Shown in pieces: positions 26,032-38,805 of a stretch of DNA of 64,000 bases (positions are counted from its first letter, which is position 1; every line of letters begins with the position of its first letter). Both the position numbers and the translations under genes were made by a program. Source of the stretch: Callorhinchus milii (lineage: Eukaryota); contig NW_024704743.1 of assembly GCF_018977255.1 (NCBI RefSeq), positions 32,242,001 through 32,306,000 on the forward strand, given 5' to 3'. The notes under the pieces are model-generated. The model was not told where the DNA came from and did no database searches. It saw only the letters and a list, made by a program, of their open reading frames with translations.

Positions 26032-28149
26032 GTGAGTCTCTCCTCTTAATTTAAAGAGCCTAAAGCATCAGATTAGGCCAGTGACATTTGTTTAAAAACA
26101 TTTTGGCAAGAGTGTCAAAAGCGTAATCTGATGAAAATGTTTTGGAGGGATTGTCAACTTCTGTTTTCTTTCATACTTGATCCACGGAATCTTTCTCTGT
26201 AAATATTAGACATCTGCCCTCAGGACTGTCCAGAGTTGTAAATTTAATTGTTCCTCAAATTGCAGACTATTATAGTTATACTCCCGACGTAATCCATCAC
26301 CTTTTACCTGGCACTTGTTTTGTGTGGAATCAACATTTAGATCATTTTGCAATTTGGTTTGGGAAAACAATTCTGAAATCTTGCTTCATTATGTTCTATA
26401 AATAATTGAACTCAACATTGACAAAGTTGCTCATCACATCAAGAAGATGCACCTTTTAGACACACAGACATATTCTTCTAAATTTGACAGATGCAATGAA
26501 CCTTTCTTCAGCCATTGCCAAAGCTCACATAATGCAAAACTATCAGTCAATAGAGATAAGTTGTGCTGTGTGATGGTTCATTTTTTTGTGTAGTATTGTT
26601 ACTTGGGGCTTAAAGTACAGAGGAGATGTTTGTCTTGTTCTGATTGAAAGTAAAGGTTGCAGTTTCTATTTATGGTGTATCCCAATCCCTCCTCTCCACC
26701 AATGGTCATTTGTGGAAGTATCAGTGATTCTGACCTAATCCTTAATCTTTCAGTAATGCTGCCATCCCCTGTTAACATCCAGTGGCCATTGGTTGGTATC
26801 CACTATGACAGGTTGTGCTAGCAAACAAAATAACTCCCATGAACTCTGACTTTGGTGCCTGGGAGTGATAGCAAGTCAGAGTCTGCCCCCAAAAATTAAG
26901 AATAATGAATCTGAACTGCTTGAGCTTCAATCATGCCTTTCAAAATTATTTTTTTCCGAGGGGGAGTGGGGGGAAGGGAGGTGATGATGACTTCCATGGC
27001 TGGACATGTACACACAGGTGAATGGGACAATTGCTTCTACCTTTCGTACAATGGGGTCTAAAATGCAATATTTGCATCAAGTATTCTGAAGTCATGGCTT
27101 TTGTCAATGTGCACCACACTGACCTGCACGACTCTGTGCCTAGTGCCTAAAAGTACATCATATCAAAGTGGAGTTCCCAAGTGAGGCACGTTCTGTGACT
27201 TCTTATTGTCCATATAGTGTTTTTAATACAACAGGCTTAATCATTCCACAATCAAGTATAGTGCACTAAATCTGAGTGTTAATCTCGCATTAAGACGCCA
27301 CACAGCCAGTGTGATATTTTAAGTGATGTTTTAAGAACCTTAAGTTCCAGTCATAGTTAAGGTCGCTCTGAGCAGCATTGCCCCTTGTGTGGAAGAGAAT
27401 CGACCCTTTTGTGCCAAGAGCTGGTCATTGTTCACTGGGAGCTAAGTTGAAATACCACTATCTAATTCCACATAGGAAAACATTGCTTTCATTCTGTCCA
27501 TCTGGGCTCGGTGGATGAGAGCCAAAGTCCCAGAAGTGAAAGTATAATTATTTTTAACCCCTCCCAACAATTCCATCCATGCTTGATATCATCTGCTTTG
27601 TTGCTTTTTCATGTCCTCTGGCGCAAGTCGGCTTTTGTGTTACTATTTTCTGGTGTAACTGTTTTCATGTGTGCAACAAAACCTCAACTGAAGAAGAATG
27701 GATTACTTCAGAACACTAATGGATCCAGATGTGTGGCTGCAGGTTTTCTGTTCATGGAAATTGATGTTACATGTTACTCGTTCCTACAGTAAGCCTTGTG
27801 AAGGAGCGAGAACAATCTGTTATAATTTAGCTTCCTTCTTGGGCTTGCAACACAGTATTCATAGTATTCACAACACAGTATTCACAGTCAACAGGATCCA
27901 CACTTCATGCGATTCTGTCACTGGTTTTGAGGAGCAGATCAGGTTAGTTACTCTTTCCCTCTCTGATGGAGGAGGAGGATGAGATTAATCTTGAGTCTGG
28001 TCACTGTCTCCTAAATCAGGAACAACATTGAGATATCTAAACGGTGTTAAGCGTTGGTGCAATTCCAGGTTCTAGCACTCTGTAGAAGCACAAAAGTATG
28101 TCAGGGTGCTCCACTTCATTGCATCCTCTGAACACTAGTTTCATAAATA

Positions 28150-28392
28150 GCTCTTTATCATTGGCAGGCGCACCTTCGGCCTCTCTGCCCCACCCTCTGG
28201 AACTGCATCCCACACTCCCTACGCCTCACACCCCCTTGCCTCCTTCAAAACCTGTCTGAAGATCCTCCTCCTTGACCATGCCCTCGGTCACCCTCTTACC
28301 CGTACCCTTCCCTGCCCTCCACCCCTCCTGATCCCAACCACCAGCTCGGGATCCCTGACTGTCCAGCACCTTGGGACGCTATACTCATGCTA
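28150..28392 (+). mobile_element. Degenerate L2 3' fragment
   Basis: ggcaggcgcaccttcggcctctctgcccccaccctctggaact...cagcaccttgggacg matches the 3' region of the full-length L2. Confidence 0.8.
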
Positions 28393-31300
28393 TGAGTGAG
28401 TTTTCATTGGATATGGTTGCTCCTGTGCTTCTGAGCTGAAGATATATTTTGGGTATTATGCATGTGTTTAAGTGTTTCTATTGCTGGTCCAGTTTGAAGT
28501 CTGATAGCACACGGACGCTAGGAATTCATGACGCTTAATAAAAGCTGCGGGTTAAATTCTAGTGGAAAGATCTGAGGCATTAGTGAGGCACATGTTGACT
28601 GGCAAAGAGCTTGAAGTACCATCGTGGGCAGCAATTGCTTTCTCTAATGCAGATCAAATAGCATTAAATGATGTGAATTCATGCACGTAAAAGCAGCCTT
28701 TGAAACAGGCTTGGTTTCTGGAAGAGCTTAATGCCAGAATAAGTCTTCAAGCTCTGAAAGCAAATCTTAAACTGCAATTCGGGTTCAAAATATCAATCAT
28801 GAATATTGTGGTATCCTATTTATATAAATAAATGGTATCCTATTTATACAAATAATTTTGTTGTTGTTTAATGTTAATATGATGTTATATGATGGAACTG
28901 ATGTCTAGGCTCCTAAAGTAACCATGATGCTTCTGATCCATAAAGATCAGCGTTATCTAGGCAATTCTTGAGCAGAGCATCTTGTGGACCCATGGGAGTG
29001 TTTCTCTGAAGCACTTGGAAGTGAATCAGTGCAGTATTAATCCTGAAGAGTGCTGGCAGCTGCATGGCAATACAATGTGCCCCATTATAACATGTTTCAT
29101 AAAAGCACTGATTTAGTTGTCATTTGGGCGTGGACTCTATTCACGTGCCCTCGCAGCCAGCATCCTTGCTTCTCACTGTTGACCAGCTCTTGTGCGATAG
29201 TAGATGACGTCCGGGGCAATAGATCAGCACAATGTTACTTCCTGCTTTGTACATGCGCAGTGCACAGTAAGTGATGGCGTTGATTTGATGACCCTGAAGT
29301 TGGCCTTTTTTTTAGTGTAGGTACATTTTGGCACATGAGAAGTGAGCCAGAGAGCTGTTTTCATATGCAATGAAATAGGTTATCATGGCCTCATTTGTAG
29401 ATTCCAACCGCCGTGATATAACAACACCCCACTGCATATTTGTTGACCAGCCTTAGGTCTTTCTGCCCATGAGGTTCAAGCTGAAACAACAGTAATAAAG
29501 TGATGCAAACATAAGCTATATCTCTACTAACTAACTAAATAGTTAGAAATATCTTAAATAAAAAGTAAGTTCTCTGCTCACCCTATAATCCTTTCTTCCT
29601 CTTCTTATTTCCCTAAATGTAATTATTTTATTATTTTTCTAATTTGATCTCTTTTGCCATTTCAATTTTTTAATTTTTCAAAGTGAGAGCAACTTACAAG
29701 ACAACTCATTCCACATGGTCAGCAGACTGATTCCTCACCCTCCCACCCTCACATAAAATTAATACATGGTGACAACAGCATTGTGCATGCATACACCAGA
29801 GTGTGTGTTAGGTACTACTGGAGTCTAATCAGCTAAAACTGCATAGCTTGCCATTGATATTGTTGTCTGGCAAGCTTTCCCACTGCTTGTCCAGCTAGGA
29901 CCACCCTGCCCGTTAGGGTCTTGGCTTACAGGGTTAATAGAAGCTCAGTGGGAGGATTCTCTGCCCCCAGTGCTGCCCTTCAGAGTCCTGCCATTGAGCC
30001 AGACTGGCTGTGCTGTCATCAGCAGTGCCCTGGAATACTACGGAGCTGCCTGGCTCAGGAACCGGACTACCAAGACCGCCACCGGTGGCTGGCTCAATTC
30101 CGACATTTTGTTGCTAAACATGTCACCTTGGAGCCAGTTCAGAAAATGGAATATGTGAAAAAATAGGCAAATTAGAAATATGGGCAGAGGTGGCAGAAAA
30201 GTTTTATATTTCCATCTACGGCATACCAAAGCTTAGTTTCTTAGCCTCAAAATGTCCAAGATGATTCCTTTTTAAAAAAAAAGAAAAACAGGTAGCTCAT
30301 AGGCACTGAAATACCTGCTGATGATGGTCCATTAAGAACTAAGCGCTCAGGATAAAACTGGGCCACTGTTATGATCACACAAGCAGCCCCAAGTTGTTTT
30401 ATGCTTTGGTTTGATCTGTTGAGGGCCCAGACCACACTGTTGTCCTGAAGATGTTGAAAATTATATAAGTAAGTTAGTGAACTGAAAATTAAACCACATG
30501 TTGACCATTTGTTTCAACTCCTGAATATCTGGAGTCCATTTAAACTGCTGAATCCAAATGTGCCGGCTTCGATTGTTGCTCAATATAAGAGGAGAAAACA
30601 CAGGAACAAAAAGACCTCAGGGGCCAGTTTCACTTTGCAGGTGTTCATCTGAATGATTTTAAACCTGCCGCTGTTATATCAAAGTAGTTGCACCTTGAGG
30701 CAAGGATTACGATGATTCGCATTATTCCTCACCTCTTTCAGATTTAGTCTTCAAATAGTCGCTTCATTTTTCTTTCAGATTTCAGGTATGGATGAGCTCA
30801 GCTTATGCCTCTGGCTGTGTTACTGAATGTAGGAGTGTTGTTGCTGTTTTGTATCCATTTTAATGCCAGATTTATACAGCTGGAGAAACATAATTTTTCT
30901 CCACCAGTGAACAATTCTGAGCGGGAAGCACCATTTGTATTTCCTGCTGCAAAATTGTGCCTGAGGGCAGCTTCTCTTCTGAAGGAAGTAATTCATGCTG
31001 GAGTACCATTCCACATGTGCCAGCAAACCTCTGGTACTTAGTCTAAATGTAAACCCAGATAGCATTATAACAACAAAAACAACATGCATTTATACAGTGC
31101 CCTTTATGTGGAATAGCGTCTCGGAGCACTTACATGACCGTACAGCGTGGAAACAAGCCATTCAGCCCACCGAGAGTGTGCTGGTGTTTGTATTCCACGT
31201 GAGCCTCCACCTCTCTCCTATACTCCAAAATTCCCTTCCCAGCGCCTTGGGACATCCTCCTGACATGAAAGGCTATATAAGTGCAATTTGCTTTTGCTGT

Positions 31301-34300
31301 TGTTTTTCCTCAGGAAGTAGAATTTCCTCTTGAATATATATTAAGCGTTCATCTTGACAGACAGCTTCTGGGATTGAGTTCCACATTCTCACTATTCTGT
31401 GCAACGTGAAACTCTGCATGCTCATCGCCCCCATCCCTGCCAGGCTCCACTGTCTCCCATTGGATCTACTTCAATATAGACATCCTCACCTACAAATCCC
31501 TCCATGTTCTTGCACCTGCCTCTGTAATCTTCCCTGCCTCACCTTCTGTTTTCCCCCTTCCACTCAGCACACTTGCACATTCCACGCCTCAGCGTTGTTG
31601 GTTGAGTCTTCAGTCACTGTCTCCCCTCCATCTGCTCCCCGCCCCCCACTTTCTATCTTCAGAAACCACCTAAACACCCAACTCATCTACACTCACCTCC
31701 TTCATTCGGGATTTAAGCCAAAATATATTTGGAGTATCGACCAAAATGTCCAAACAAAAGGCCGTTGAAACACTTATAAAGAATTTATGATCGATTTTCC
31801 TTCTATTGAGAGATTGGTAAAGACATTCCTTCATCAAGATTCTTTTGTGTGTCAGTTTTTTATGGGTTAGATGCCTCTTTATTTTTCTACAAGCAGGGTC
31901 ACAGTGATTAATTCAAGATATCATTCAATTTGTCTAAACTAAAACATGTGAAGTTTACGTTTTTGCTTTTAAGGATTGTCTGCTATTAGGGTTTGGTTTT
32001 GTTGTGCTGCTTGTCTAACGGTACCACAGTTTGCTCCATTGGCTTTAATCCAGGCATTCCAGCATGAGCAACATTCTCTTTGCCCTTTTTTTGTACTGTA
32101 TAACTCATTAAACTTACAAGAAGAGACTGCTTCACAGAGACAGAATTAAGTAAAATTGCTTTTACAATGGGATGGACTTCAGAACTAGTTTCACAAATTA
32201 TTCCTCTTGAAACTTGTGTGAGACTTTGAACAATGTCACAGCTTTAATGATTTTTAAAACCTGCAGTGGTTACAGATTGCGCCCACCAAGTAATATGTTT
32301 TGTCTTACCAGAAAGAGAGGGATAGAGGGAGAGAGAGAGGGGTCATCTAGAAAACTAGGCAGCAAGATGACAATGTGAATTCTTGTCTCCTATCCTCAAA
32401 TTAGTGAGCCGCAGAAATAATCTCAACACAGTAATGAATTCTTCATGTCAGGAGGTTAACCATACAGTGTCTGCTGTTTAGTATCTTGTGATGGGGGGGA
32501 GAAGGATCAAAGGAGAGAGCCAAGGCATTTCAAGATGATGAATTCTGTCTTGTTTCTGTGGTCCCTGGATCCTGAGCATGCATGTTTTTTGTTGTGCGAT
32601 TTGTCTAGTTATTGCTCTATAATATAAGATCCAAACTATGAAATAATAGCAGTGCCTTTGTCTAACGATCGTTTGATTATTTTAATCTGCCAGGTTTGTG
32701 GCTTGACTTGGCTGTTTCAATTCATTGCCATTGCTTTCTCCTAAGTAACAAATGCTCGGACATGTTTTAATGAAACCCATGTGACTGATCTTTCTTAATT
32801 GTAAACGTTTGTGGTTATAATTAATGTCCATTGACATCTTTGTCTCCCTGCTGAACTGACCACAAATCTTATACTATTGTTTTTAAGCCCTCATTTACTG
32901 CTGGAGTTGTTTAAAAGCTGCGAGATGGATACAGGTGTATATACAGGCTGAGAGCCAGATTTTAAAATGAGGAGCAATAGCATCACAAAAAGTTGATTTA
33001 CAACTTGGATAACTGACCACAAATTAGTCCGCTAGGGGTATGATGGGCTGAATACTGTAGCTTTGGAAAAAGAGTAGGTTAAAGAAAGAAAAAGGTAAAA
33101 ATAGATCAGGTCATGAAATTTTAAAAACATTTCCATTACAGCATATCTGATACTATAGCTCTATTACTGTATTCTGTTATATTCCCTAACCATTGACCTG
33201 CTATGATATGTGTTCTTGACTGTGAATGTAGTCTTAGGTTGAAATAATAGTTTGAAGTAAGTTTTCTAAGAATAAGGGTGATCTCACTTTACAATTGGGT
33301 TTTAACGTACTGTTGTTTTGTTACGCACAAAGCAGTAGTTTTAGCACGATTTGTTTACAATGCCGTTTTTTATTTTTCGCGTTTGTTTATAAAGTGGCTC
33401 CGCTAACTCCTGAATGTTTCCATTGAATGAGGTGCATAAGGAGCTGCTCAGAGCCACAGCCTTCCATGATGTGTGATATTTGGAACATCTATAGGAACTC
33501 GATGAGTAAAGTTTGATTAAACGAAATTGGGGCAAAACATTCTGTGAAAGGATGACTTTATCCTCTGTAGTCTGAGTGATTAAATTCTATTCCCATTATA
33601 AGTGTGCACTGCCAAAGTCTGTAAATACTGACTGGTGAAGAGTGTGACATGTTCATTACCAAGGTTAGTCATTTTACTAATTGGTAAGAATAGCACCCCT
33701 TGTGCTCAGTGCAACGCTAAGTAAATCTACTTTAGTTTCTTCTCTCGTTCACTGGATACCTTTTACAAGTGGTGCTTTTAATTAGAATCTATAGTTGATT
33801 TTTGGCATTTTAATATGTTTTTTTGGAGTACAGGACAGCGTTTATTTCAGAAATTCAGAGTGAAGCTAGTAATAAAATCTCTTGAATCTCTTGCTACACA
33901 GCTCCCAATGGATTGATTATTGCCTGGAAGATTTTAGTGACTTAATACATTGTCTCATAATGCTACTTTTATGTTACTGTAGTTATTTTCTAAGATATTA
34001 AAATTGATATACATTACCTGTCAAAAAGTAGAAATGATTTTATACAATTGCTTGTGAACATTCTGTCCTAAATGTTTCACATGACAACCAATTCACAGGA
34101 ATTGAGTGTAGGTAGGTGAAACCTGGCTTTGGATTGTTTCTCTTAAATTGAGAGGCTTTTTAAGTTCAATTTGTCTGGACGATTTTTCCGCTGGGGTTGT
34201 AAGTACAAAAATGTAATACAGTACAAAGAAGGCTTGTATTGTGGGAGATTTCGGCAGTGCCTGTGTCTAAATCAAATTGGATAAACACAATCTATATTAG

Positions 34301-37300
34301 TAAACAACATCAATGTCTGAAATCACAGAGCTGGCAATTTTGGCAAGATCAAAAATTAGTGTTGGGGTGAGTAATCCCTCCACAAATCCCATCACTGAAC
34401 AAAGCCCTCATCCTAGCTCCTATCCCGTTGTTTTTTCTTAGCTACTTTGTGTGTTTTCTAAAAGAAAACTCCAACCAAATGGATAGATCTAAATTGAGAG
34501 ATTGCCATAGTAAGTTAACTGCTGTTTACCTGGCTAAGGTTTGCTTCTTTCCTCTCACATTCGTCCATTGCTGGGCAAAAACCTTAACATAATTTGTGCT
34601 ACCGTGTCAACTAGTCCAATTCCAGCCATCATCAGTTCATCTACCAATCCAGCGGAAAGAGTAGCTGTAGCAACTGGGAAATGGCAACGGACTGTTTCAC
34701 AACTAAATGTAGATTTTTTTNGACACACTATCATTTGCAAACCAGATGACACTGTAATTGAAAAGCGCTCCAATTTTAGAAACGTCAATGTAAATGAAAG
34801 ATTACATTTACAAAACCCTCGGTGGCTAGGACATGTGCCCTTGGAATAATTTAGAGTGACATTTTTTAGGCAATTTAGTAGTAATTGGAATCCGTTGTAT
34901 TGTTTGAGGAAAAAATGGACCCGTGTGCCTTGGAGTGTAATTGCATTAAGTACTTGATAAAGATGGATGTGTTGCAGAGATCCAGTGTGCACATGTACAT
35001 GGGGGAGGTTTGGCTTCCCCAAGAGAAGTCTGTCAATCATTTCTGGGGCCATCTTTTATGATGAGTGATGTGGATTTGCAGGAACAACAGAGATTCCCAA
35101 GGGATGCAGCTCAAGTACGTCAAATTATAGTGTGTGTGTGTGTGTGATTTCAAGCAACTTTCTATTCTGCAAATGAGGATGTTGTCTTTGCCCTGGTCTA
35201 GTTATGTTTGTGTCTTGTTTTGTTTGGAATTTCCTGCATTCTGTGTTCTTTGAAAACCACCCTCAGAGCAGGTCAGAGGTTAAGTAAAGTGTCTGCTTTC
35301 CAAAGCACTCACTGGCCCCTTAAAACCTCCCTGGGCTGTGATGATTCATTGTGGGCCTGGCAATAAAACGCCTATTTCTCTTCTGTACATATGCTGGCCT
35401 GTGAGGCACTTTTCCATTGTCATGTGCCAATGATCGTGAAATAAGCAAATGGTTTGGAAAGTGTTTAACTCCTCATTGGCATTTCAGAAACTCAGCTCTG
35501 TGGGAAACAGTGAGTGAGTCAACAATGATCTCTGTGGACTTATCAGCAGGTCAGAGTATAAGTCCAGTCTTGATGGGAATTTCCTGATCTTCTAACGTAT
35601 AGTTTATTAGGCAAATACAATGAACAAAGAGATAGTGGTTTGTGCTTATGTATATGCCCCATGGCTTGTTAGGAAGAATGTCATTTGTTAATACTTGTGT
35701 AAGGCAGAGGCTGTCCTGTCTATTTGTAAACCCCACTTTGATTTAAATGTGGCATTTTCGAATAGGTGAAACACCTGGGTTCAGTACATCGTACACAGCT
35801 GGTGCTTAACTTTGATAAGAAGGTTTCCACAGATTGGAAAACATGATCAATGGATTTGAACTGAGAACAAATCATGGCTTCCTTTGAAATTTTGATTTGT
35901 TTTCCATATTCGCCATGTTTAAGATACCACTCACTTAGAACTAGATCTTCCTAAAAATATGGATCTGAAGGTTTAATTTGCTTATAATAAATGCAGTGCA
36001 TTGAAGAATGGATAAAGCAACAACAATTATTTTATTCCTTTCTTTCCTCTTTTCACCCCCCAGCCTTTTCATTTTCTCCAAATTCTGCATAGTTCATGAG
36101 TACAACATTCAGTGACTTCATAGGGGAAGTGAATAGTGAGCATTTTTTAACTATTATTCCCTAGTACTATTTTATGTATTTATCTGATAGGCTGTGTTGT
36201 ATATATTAGCGAAGATAGTCTGTATTGCATCTTTCAATATTTCTGCATTTGTTCAGTTTAATTTTAGAGCCGGAAAATTAAGTGATCTTAAGATTTGATC
36301 ATAACCTGTATTCTATGCAGTATCTAATTTTGCCTCTCAAAGTATTTAGTCTATGCCAGGTTAGCCTCCCTTGCGTCAGGGTCTGGTTTGTGTTCACTTA
36401 CTATGGCTGGATCCCTTTCCAGTTTGGGAATTTTGGTCTATTTGTATAATAGCCACAAGAGTGCTGTGTTGAGACACATTAAAAATAAATGGTGCCTCTG
36501 TATTCTGTCATTGCAATGTTTCCAACACAATCATGTTTGTTGAGGAGAGCACTGATGTGGAAGCACTGTGAGCTGACGCATTGGTTTTCTGACTGGAAAT
36601 GAAGGGTTTCAGTGCTAGACTACTGTTTACTTTTTCCACTGTCAGTGTGGGATTAAGGTACAGTCTGACAAGGTACAGAGTAAAGTTTCCTCCACTCTGC
36701 TGAAACTCTGGCAACCCATGGAAAAGTGCTTCCTCCTGCCCACCAGTGAATTTACCACTTCCCACAGCAGCCACCACAAGGTCGTCTTGGGAATGAGGTC
36801 AGCAACTGAGTGTTGAGTGCTAATTTTGTACAAACAACCACCAGTTGATCCACCCATTCCTTAAGCACCATTGCAGAAGGTAAAGGCATTCACCCCTCCA
36901 GTCTGGCATGGACTAAAACCATGTGGTTAAAGGTATTAATGTACTTTGAAAGCCATCAGAGCCCAGTAAGGCTGCCTCCCTAATGTGGGTTAGCATAACT
37001 TCTTGGGACCCAAGTGAACATTGTAGAGTAGGTTTTGGTTTGGTTCTGTGGGTGACCTTTGTGGTAGATTGTATTTTGGCCTCAGTATGTTATACTTAAG
37101 GACCCAATGACTCAAGTTTTAGATTCGTGCTGAGCTGCAACTGATGAAGATTGCCCCAGAATAACATTGGGCTGCACGTATCTGGTTGTCTAACTGTGAT
37201 TGAATACTCTCTGATGGGTTTGCGGATTTGTGATCCACTGTTGCAGCAGAGGAGAGGAAGTTTTGCTCTATATCTTGTCAAGCTTCAGCTTAATCCCAAA

Positions 37301-37549
37301 TTTACACTGGCCGATGAGAATTGGCAAGCTCACTTGGGTCAGAAAATAAATACATCAGTTCACATGCCAGTAATTTCAGATCTCAACCAGGGACTAAAGC
37401 CAAAATAGTCCAGAACAGAACTATTTTGATTTTAATGCAAAATTGAAATTGTAGTTTGTGAAATGCTCCATTTCTTCAGTGAATTTACTTGAAATCTGAA
37501 ATGTGAGGTTAAGTCGATGCTAAATGTGTTTTTCTTTCTTTTGGTTTAG

Positions 37550-37642
37550 GTCAAGAAATTGTTTTCAAGTGCCTTGGTGAAGGCATACTTGAGAATGCAT
37601 TTCAAGGTTATAATGCATGTATCTTTGCCTACGGGCAGACAG
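37550..37642 (+). CDS. KIF13A: KIF13A-like motor exon, [30 protein letters not shown]
   Basis: tttag acceptor, gtaagc donor, 93 nt. Contains [12 protein letters not shown], the first half of the P-loop. Confidence 0.97.
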
Positions 37643-38624
37643 GTAAGCGGTGTCACATATTACTGCTGCAATTTCTGAGAGGCGGCTGATTCGATAAATT
37701 GCAACAATCTCTCTGGTGGAATCTATCCCACTAAAACCGCATAGCTTGCTATTGATATCACTGTCTGGCAAGCTTTCCTGCTCCTCGTACAACTAGGACC
37801 ACCCTACCCATTAGCACAAACAATGGGAATAATCTCTACTCCCAGTGACTGGTCTGCCCCTCCCAAGTTCTGCCAATGAGCCAGGCTGGCTGTGCTGTCA
37901 TCAGCAGTGCACTGGAGAACTGCAGACCCACCTGGATCAGGATCTGGTTTATCGAGACCACCGCGGAGGGTTGGTTCGATTACAAGATTTATAATAACAT
38001 GCCAATAACATCATCTTGGAGCACTTCAAGGTCCTCACCTTCACCAACAAATCCCTTCACATCTTGGCATCACCCTATCTCTGTGAACTTCTGCCCCACT
38101 TTTCTGCTTGCTCCCTCCACTAGGCAAACTCGAGCCTGCTGCATGTCCCCTACCCTCACTGTCTTGGCCAAGCCTTCATCAACCATGACTCCACTCTTTG
38201 GAACCCCCTCCCTTTACCACTCCATCTTGCCCCCTCTCAATCCCCCAGACAAAACTGGCCATTCACTTCATGGCTGTTTGTGTGGCACTATTGGGTGCAA
38301 ATTGGCTACTGCATTCGCCTGCAAAATACAGATTAACTGAACTTTACAGTAAATCCTGTGAAGAGCTTTGAGACGTTCTCCCGTGGTGAAAGATGCTATA
38401 TCAAATGTAAGGATTTTTTTATCCTACATGATGAGTGCCTCATAAATGCAAGTTATTTTCCTTGTGTTATTATAAGTACTATATCAAATGCAAGGATTAT
38501 TATTATTAATCTCATTCTGTAAACATACTTTGAGCCGATGTTTTTGCATGATAGGTGCTGTACAAACATGCATTGTGGTACTTCCGCGAAATATTTCAGT
38601 CCTTTTTCTTCTGCTCGTTCGCAG

Positions 38625-38805
38625 GCTCAGGAAAATCTTTCTCAATGATGGGCAACGTCGAGCAGCCGGGCCTTATTCCCCGTCTATGTGGTGCTTTGTT
38701 CGAAAGAGTCTCGAAAGAAGAGTGTGAATCTCACACATTTAAAGTGGAAGTATCGTACATGGAGATCTACAACGAAAAAGTCCGGGACCTCCTTGATCCA
38801 AAAGG
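38625..38805 (+). CDS. KIF13A: KIF13A-like motor exon, SGKSFSMMG...VEVSYMEIYNEKVRDLLDPK
   Basis: gcag acceptor, gtgagt donor, 181 nt. Completes the P-loop (GSGKS) and contains SYMEIYNE.VRDLL. Visible in ORF 38555..38809. Confidence 0.97.

Noticed and set aside
34541..35052. 165-aa minus and 102-aa plus ORFs
   Set aside because: No recognisable domain or convincing exon structure, and both span an ambiguous base (n at 34721). Treated as incidental.
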